IMG/VR virus record: IMGVR_UViG_3300020045_008024
Location: 1-58,448 of that record
Strand: one strand, 5' to 3'
Origin: a virus
Taxonomy: Duplodnaviria > Caudoviricetes
DNA length: 58,448 nucleotides
Shown in pieces: positions 53,551 through 58,448 of the stretch. The notes beneath the pieces were generated by a model that had not been told where the DNA came from, did not search any database, and saw only the letters and a program-made list of their open reading frames with translations. The position numbers and the translations under genes were made by a program. How positions within the stretch are numbered: position 1 is the stretch's first letter; each line of letters starts with the position of its first letter.

Positions 53551-54135
53551 ATGGCCACCCCATTCGCACGGATCATGGACAACGCACGGGTTCATCTGCC
53601 GGGGGCGTTTGACAACGCTATCCAGCTTGAGCTGTTCAACGTCTGCAGAGACTTTTTCATGCTCAGTAACACGTGGCGCGAGAAGGTTCCTTTCAGTGTC
53701 GATGCTGGGGAGAGTACCGCAGATATCGTCCCATTCGCCGGCCGCATCGTCCGCCTCATCGGCGTGTGGAAAGACGACCTCGGTGTGCGCGGGGCGACCA
53801 TGCCAGCTATCGGGACCATCAGGCTGTCTTCCCCGGTGAATGTTGACACGTCGTATTCCGCAGAAGTCGTGCTGACTGTTACCGACCCCGTGGCGCGTGA
53901 TGCTTACCCGATCATCCCATTCGAGCTTGTTGACAGGTATGGAGACGAGTTGCTTGACGGCGTGCTCGCCCGCATGATGTCCCAACCATCCAAGCCCTAC
54001 TCAAACACCGTGCTTGCGCAATACCACCTGATGCGATACAAGGGTGGCGCAGCGCGGGCAAGAAACGCCGTCAACGCCGAAAACTCTCTCGGCGCGCAGC
54101 GGTGGACATACCCGCAGGATTTTGCAAACCGATAA
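53551..54135 (+). CDS. Adaptor/tail tubular A-like protein
   Basis: CRDFF..SNTW, DGVLARMMSQPSKPYSN. Confidence 0.65.
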   Translation: MATPFARIMDNARVHLPGAFDNAIQLELFNVCRDFFMLSNTWREKVPFSVDAGESTADIVPFAGRIVRLIGVWKDDLGVRGATMPAIGTIRLSSPVNVDTSYSAEVVLTVTDPVARDAYPIIPFELVDRYGDELLDGVLARMMSQPSKPYSNTVLAQYHLMRYKGGAARARNAVNAENSLGAQRWTYPQDFANR

Positions 54136-54147
54136 CAGGAGCGCCAC

Positions 54148-54522
54148 ATGGCCGTCGTCTACTCTGTCACAATGAAGAATGCCCGCATGCAGGCAGTCAT
54201 CGACGCCCTAGGCGCAGGTGCGCTGCTTGTCATTGGCACAGCCGCCCTTTCCGGCGCAACCGGCGTCCTCGCCTCTGTGCCGTTCGCTACGCCAGCGTTT
54301 ACGGTCGCAGGTGGTGTTCTCACCGTCGCCTCGCTGCCCCGCACTGTGGCCGCCACTGCGACCGGCGTTGCGGCCCTCGCAGAGCTGCGCACGTCCGGTG
54401 GCACCACGATCTGCAGCGGCCTCACAGTCGGAACGTCTGGCACCAATATCATCATCAACGCCACGTCGATCAGCACCGGCCAGACCGTGCAGGTAACCGC
54501 CGGCACGATTACCCACGGCTAA
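54148..54522 (+). CDS. Small beta-rich virion structural protein
   Basis: 124 aa, Ala/Thr/Gly-rich, AGGAG RBS. Confidence 0.7.
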   Translation: MAVVYSVTMKNARMQAVIDALGAGALLVIGTAALSGATGVLASVPFATPAFTVAGGVLTVASLPRTVAATATGVAALAELRTSGGTTICSGLTVGTSGTNIIINATSISTGQTVQVTAGTITHG

Positions 54523-54538
54523 CCCATAGGGGGCCGTT

Positions 54539-55333
54539 ATGGCTGACGGGGCGTTCCAAAGTACGGCGTTTGATACATTCGCTTTCCAGAGCGAGTATAG
54601 CCTTCAGTTGAGCGCCACTGAAGCACAGGATACTGCTTCATTCAGCACTGCTATTGTGGCGGTGCTGAATATGGCTGTTACTGACACGCAGGACATAGCA
54701 TCATTTACTGTGTCCGTCGCCCGGCTGGTTTCTATCGACGTTACAGAAGCGCAGGACACAGCGTCATTCACATCCGACGCGACAACAGTTGTGGCAATAG
54801 CAGCCACCGAAGCGCAAGACGTTGCAGCACTTACTGTGGCGCTCGATACGAACGCATACCTGTACTTCAATCTTGACGAGGTGCCGGACGTAGCAGCGTT
54901 TGCTACAACTTCCACGACGTTCGCTAGTTTTGCTGTGGCAGAAGCGCCAGATATAGCCGCCGTTACGGTCGAGCTTGCTGCGGCGCTTACCTTCGCGGTA
55001 ACAGAAGCACAGGACACTGCTGGTTTTGTGGCAACGTCCACGACGGTAGCGACACTGGCCGTAACCGAGCCACAAGACACTGCGAGCTTTGCAACAAGCT
55101 CCACAACGTTCGCCACGTTCTCCATTTCGGAGCTACCCGACGTTGCATCGTTCACGTTGTCGAGCAAGACACTGGTTACCTTCGCGGTAAGCGAAGCCCA
55201 AGACATGGCAGTGTTCCGAAGCTTCACAGCATTTGTCGATGCGGATGACGATAGCGACAGCGTGTTCGTGCCACCAGAAAACAAGCTGTCTATTGTGGCA
55301 GCGGTCCAAGACATAGCCACAGTGCAGAGGTAG
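54539..55333 (+). CDS. Fibre-like protein with ten 21-aa repeats (TEAQDxAxF)
   Basis: Repeats visible in translation; N-terminal AFQSTAFDTFAFQ. Confidence 0.75.
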   Translation: MADGAFQSTAFDTFAFQSEYSLQLSATEAQDTASFSTAIVAVLNMAVTDTQDIASFTVSVARLVSIDVTEAQDTASFTSDATTVVAIAATEAQDVAALTVALDTNAYLYFNLDEVPDVAAFATTSTTFASFAVAEAPDIAAVTVELAAALTFAVTEAQDTAGFVATSTTVATLAVTEPQDTASFATSSTTFATFSISELPDVASFTLSSKTLVTFAVSEAQDMAVFRSFTAFVDADDDSDSVFVPPENKLSIVAAVQDIATVQR

Positions 55334-55340
55334 GTGCAGC

Positions 55341-55625
55341 ATGCAGATTGGTAAGTTTCGAAAGGCTGTGGCCGACCGTAAAAAATACACGGTCGATTAC
55401 GTAAACTGGCTGGAAAGTGATGAGACAATCACAGCGGTCGCCGCTTCGGTGCCGGCCCCGGCAGACGATTTCTATGTCGACATGTTCGTAGTGGACACGA
55501 CAGGCAAACTGGTGGTATTCTACGTCAGCGGCGGGCTTTCCAGCGGGGAGTACCGGGTGGTTGTCAAGATCACCACGAGCGAAAACCAAATCAAAGAGGA
55601 TTGGGTTACCTTCGTGGTAACTTGA
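55341..55625 (+). CDS. Fibre-tail adaptor-like protein
   Basis: YTVDYVNWL...VSGG..G.YRV...TT. Confidence 0.7.
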   Translation: MQIGKFRKAVADRKKYTVDYVNWLESDETITAVAASVPAPADDFYVDMFVVDTTGKLVVFYVSGGLSSGEYRVVVKITTSENQIKEDWVTFVVT

Positions 55626-55638
55626 AGAGGGATGCAAA

Positions 55639-56370
55639 ATGGCAATCGAAGTCAAACATAATTTCCAGTCTGCCAAGGCGGACAGCGCCGATGCGTCGCT
55701 CATCCGGCCGTCTTCGTGGAACGAAGCCCACAAGGTCATCATGGGGACCGCAGCTCTCGTCGGCCGCTATACAGCAGGTACTGGCGATGCGCAGGAAGTT
55801 GGCCTCGGCAACGGCCTGCAGTTTACTGCGGGCACTCTGGTGGTGAACCAGTCGCAGCTTACCCAGCTGGCCCGCCTCGACGGCGCGGACTTCACCGGGC
55901 AGGTTACAGCACTCACCCAAGCCACTGCGAACGACACCACCCGCGTGGCGACAACCGCATATGTCAAAGCTAACTTTTCCGCCCGCCTGATCAACGCCGG
56001 GTTTGGTATGGAAGGTGGCGGCGACCTCAGTGCAAACAGGACGATTACGCTTGGTCTACCGTCCACACTCAGCGCCTCGTCTTCGAACGACGTTTCCGGG
56101 TACTCCCACACCCACGCAGTCAATACGCTCAGCGTAGTGCAGGACGGCACAAAGCAGATCGGTGCAGGTGCTGTCGGCAGCTATGCAATGCTGTACACGC
56201 AGGTCAACTCAGTCGCGTCACCTGACGACGTGCGATCAGGTGGCAACTTGAATTACGCAGATGCAGACGGCGGAACAGGAGCGAGCCCCGGCGGCAGCTG
56301 GCGGTGCATGAGCCGGTCGAACGCAGGCACGCTCGGCACTCGTGTGTCCCTGTGGGTGCGAATTTCGTAA
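55639..56370 (+). CDS. Short tail fibre/receptor-binding protein
   Basis: PSSWNEAH, ATTAYVK, GGGDLSANRT, HTH, GAVGSYA, GSWRCM fibre motifs. Confidence 0.75.
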   Translation: MAIEVKHNFQSAKADSADASLIRPSSWNEAHKVIMGTAALVGRYTAGTGDAQEVGLGNGLQFTAGTLVVNQSQLTQLARLDGADFTGQVTALTQATANDTTRVATTAYVKANFSARLINAGFGMEGGGDLSANRTITLGLPSTLSASSSNDVSGYSHTHAVNTLSVVQDGTKQIGAGAVGSYAMLYTQVNSVASPDDVRSGGNLNYADADGGTGASPGGSWRCMSRSNAGTLGTRVSLWVRIS

Positions 56371-56382
56371 AGGAGAAAGAAT

Positions 56383-56817
56383 ATGGAATTTCGACTTCCC
56401 GCCTACAACAGGCACGGAACAATTGACTGCGAAATCAACCACCCTGTTTATGGGTGGATCCCCACAACACTGCAGCCGGACGATGCTGAAACGTCGGCGC
56501 TGTATGAGGAGGTTCTCGCTGCCGGCAACATCGACGCATATGTTGCCCCGTCACCGGAAGAGGCCCGGGCCAACCTTGCGCCTCTCACACGCCGACAGTT
56601 CCGGCTTGGGATGCGGCAGCTCAACATTTCCACTGACAGCATCGCCGCTGCGATCAATGCTATACCCGACGATGCTGACCGTGAAATCGCGCTGATTGAG
56701 TGGGAAGAGGCAGACGGGTTCGACAGAATGCACCCGCTTGTCATCTCGCTTACCGGCGCATTCGGCCTGCAGCCAATCGATGTCGATGCGATGTGGACTG
56801 CAGTATCCACAGTCTAA
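56383..56817 (+). CDS. Tail fibre assembly chaperone-like protein
   Basis: IDCEINHPVYGWIP, LTRRQFRLG, IEWEEA..FDRMHPLV. Confidence 0.7.
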   Translation: MEFRLPAYNRHGTIDCEINHPVYGWIPTTLQPDDAETSALYEEVLAAGNIDAYVAPSPEEARANLAPLTRRQFRLGMRQLNISTDSIAAAINAIPDDADREIALIEWEEADGFDRMHPLVISLTGAFGLQPIDVDAMWTAVSTV

Positions 56818-56841
56818 CTTACCCCGGAAGGTAAACCCCCA

Positions 56842-57507
56842 ATGTTGAACCTCGCAGATCTACAGAAGGCCCAGAAGGGCAAAGTTAACGTCGCAAATGC
56901 AGTGGTGGCTCTCGACGCCGTCGCTGCCTATCCGAAGTTCGGCCTCGATATCAACCGCCGTGCTGTCCAGTATTTTGCCCAGCTCATGCACGAAAGCGGC
57001 GAGTTCCGCTACGACCGCGAAATCTGGGGGCCGACGGCCGCACAGGCGCGCTATGACACCAGAACGGATCTCGGCAACACCGCAGCACGTGACGGCGATG
57101 GCAAGCTCTACATGGGCCGCACGCCGATCCAGATCACAGGAAAGGCCAACTATCTGGAATACTATAACTGGTGCCTCGCCAACATCGGTGGCACCGTTCC
57201 GAATTTCGTGTCCAACCCGGAAGCGGTGCTGACCGCGCCGTGGGAAGGGCTCGGCCCGGTATGGTATTGGTCGACGCGCAAGCTCAACGACTATGCTGAT
57301 GTCGGCAATGTCGAGATGATCACACGTCGCATCAATGGCGGCCTCAACGGCTACGATGACCGGCTCGACTATCTGGTTCGCCTATCGCTTGTTGTCCTCG
57401 GATACGGGCCAATTGACGTGCGTGCGTTCCAGAAGAACAACAAGCTCACCGCCGACGGTATCGCCGGCCCCATGACCAGAGCAGCGCTCCACAAAGCCCT
57501 CGGCTGA
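56842..57507 (+). CDS. Endolysin, GH19 family with C-terminal peptidoglycan-binding domain
   Basis: FAQLMHESG, YMGRTPIQITGKANY, ITRRINGGLNG; FQK...LTADGIAGPMT. Confidence 0.92.
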   Translation: MLNLADLQKAQKGKVNVANAVVALDAVAAYPKFGLDINRRAVQYFAQLMHESGEFRYDREIWGPTAAQARYDTRTDLGNTAARDGDGKLYMGRTPIQITGKANYLEYYNWCLANIGGTVPNFVSNPEAVLTAPWEGLGPVWYWSTRKLNDYADVGNVEMITRRINGGLNGYDDRLDYLVRLSLVVLGYGPIDVRAFQKNNKLTADGIAGPMTRAALHKALG

Positions 57508-57518
57508 AAGACACCACC

Positions 57519-57872
57519 ATGGACAGCATCTTAGCACTCCTGACCTCTGCGTTGGCCCCCGTGGTCACCGCCATGGTCCCGATCCTCACAGCCGCCATCG
57601 TTACCGGAGTTGTGAAGTTCATCAACAAGCTCGGTGTCGACGTTGACGCCAAGAACCGCGAAGCACTGCAGTCGGCGCTGGCGAACGCCGCTATCGTGGC
57701 ACTGTCGCCGGCAGCGGCGTCGAGTGTGCACTCGAAGAAAGTCCTCGACGTTGCCGCCGAATATGTCGAGAAGTCGGTGCCGGGTGCCTTGCAGCACTTT
57801 GGTGTCAGCCGCGTCAAGCTGCTTGACTTGCTCGAACCGCATCTGGTACAAGAGTCCAAGAGCAAGAAATAA
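57519..57872 (+). CDS. Holin-like membrane protein
   Basis: N-terminal TM, REALQSAL, basic C-terminus; directly after the endolysin. Confidence 0.6.
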   Translation: MDSILALLTSALAPVVTAMVPILTAAIVTGVVKFINKLGVDVDAKNREALQSALANAAIVALSPAAASSVHSKKVLDVAAEYVEKSVPGALQHFGVSRVKLLDLLEPHLVQESKSKK

Positions 57873-57899
57873 CCAACCCCCAAACGAAGGAATTCCACA

Positions 57900-58340
57900 A
57901 TGGCAGTATCATCGAAAGTGCAGCAGCTGGTTGAAGCCACCCGTGCACGCAAGGCGAAGGGCGAAGTCGAAGCCGAAGCGGAAACCGACACCCTCGGGGA
58001 CATCCTCGCCTCGCTGCCGGAACTCGACGACGAGAAGCCGGAAGTCACCGTTACCGAAGCCGAAGACGACGACAAGGTGCTCGACGCCCCATCGCCGTTT
58101 ACGACGATGATCTCCGATGAGCCAATCGCCCCCGTCGAAGCCGAAGCCCGTGCGGCCAAAGCCGAAGTCGAAACACCAGCAACTCCGGTGGTTGACAAGT
58201 TGGGTGAAACACCGGCCGCTGCACCAGTCGTCGAACGCGAAACCCGCATTTCCGGCCGCCTCGCCGCTGAAATGGAGCGCGGCCGGCAGGCAGTAGCTCG
58301 TGCGGCAGAAGCCCGGGCGGCAGTGGCCCACCTCAAGTAA
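57900..58340 (+). CDS. Acidic hypothetical protein
   Basis: 146 aa, AAGGA RBS; C-terminal SGRLAAEMERGR. Confidence 0.7.
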   Translation: MAVSSKVQQLVEATRARKAKGEVEAEAETDTLGDILASLPELDDEKPEVTVTEAEDDDKVLDAPSPFTTMISDEPIAPVEAEARAAKAEVETPATPVVDKLGETPAAAPVVERETRISGRLAAEMERGRQAVARAAEARAAVAHLK

Positions 58341-58448
58341 GCCCTTGGCGGCTATGTCTGAAGGGCGGCGTGTTTTTATGCGCCGCCCTTTGTTGGTTTT
58401 GGATTACCTCGCAAGGTAAGGGCATAAGATGGCAGCTATTAAACTCCC
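58328..58448. repeat. 121-bp direct terminal repeat, right copy
   Basis: Identical to 1-121. Confidence 0.97.

Larger units (their letters stand above)
77..56834. repeat. Dispersed palindromic motif TTACC-N5/6-GGTAA (about 64 copies)
   Basis: Exact copies start at 77, 2125, 3598, 6100, 7587, 10929, 14915, 17412, 17921, 18914, 19531, 21084, 22052, 22568, 25605, 26981, 28559, 29360, 30864, 31990, 33917, 34757, 36452, 36947, 37799, 38529, 38802, 40805, 41245, 44150, 48276, 50619, 53117, 54987, 55176, 55606, 56819. One-mismatch copies at 4748, 6822, 7148, 8992, 12097, 13284, 16401, 20402, 23645, 24590, 28120, 29899, 31219, 31753, 32267, 33082, 33242, 34416, 35028, 35879, 37326, 38339, 39758, 40603, 43143, 46268, 47436. 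Confidence 0.95.

Noticed and set aside
77-56834. Palindromes as a CRISPR array, integron attC sites or REP/IS elements
   Set aside because: Copies are only 15-18 bp, irregularly spaced and often inside essential genes; no cas1, integron integrase or transposase is present.
58328-58448. Biological terminal repeat
   Set aside because: It is 121 bp, cuts through two coding regions and matches a typical assembler k-mer overlap; more likely circularisation than a packaged end.
1-58448. Lysogeny module or tRNA genes
   Set aside because: No tyrosine or serine recombinase motifs, CI/Cro pair, ParA or cloverleaf recognised by eye; a tRNA scan and profile search would be needed to exclude them formally.

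Overview
The window is a complete, circularly assembled tailed-phage genome of about 58,327 bp. Positions 1-121 repeat exactly at 58328-58448, most likely an assembly overlap. The gene set is podovirus-like: portal, scaffold, major capsid, adaptor/nozzle and three internal ejection proteins, with no tape measure or sheath. An alphaproteobacterial host is inferred from an RcGTA-type head-spike fibre and a CtrA/OmpR-like winged-helix protein. A leftward arm (about 40.8 to 15 kb) carries early and replication genes: family A DNA polymerase, primase-helicase, SNF2-like helicase, PD-(D/E)xK nuclease, VRR-NUC, and an AAA+ ATPase with a HExxH-vWA partner. A rightward arm (41.3 kb through the junction to 14.9 kb) carries virion and lysis genes, with the terminase pair inverted inside it. 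I saw no integrase, CI-type repressor, tRNA or CRISPR array. Most unusual: (1) ten dispersed small paralogues with a constant N-terminal box (H-x-x-RA-x-L[ML]G-x-x-Y), a hypervariable middle and a constant D-A-x-T-L-E-P box, with DNA identity limited to the constant boxes; (2) at least 37 exact and about 27 one-mismatch copies of the palindrome TTACC-N5/6-GGTAA across coding and intergenic DNA; (3) a strand-polarised 10-mer, CGCGCACTCA; (4) a promoter class with a CAAC-N7-TAAC operator; (5) an R67/DfrB-like domain with an altered active site; (6) a head spike with an inserted SGNH esterase. All counts were made by eye and all family calls come from motif recognition, not database searches.
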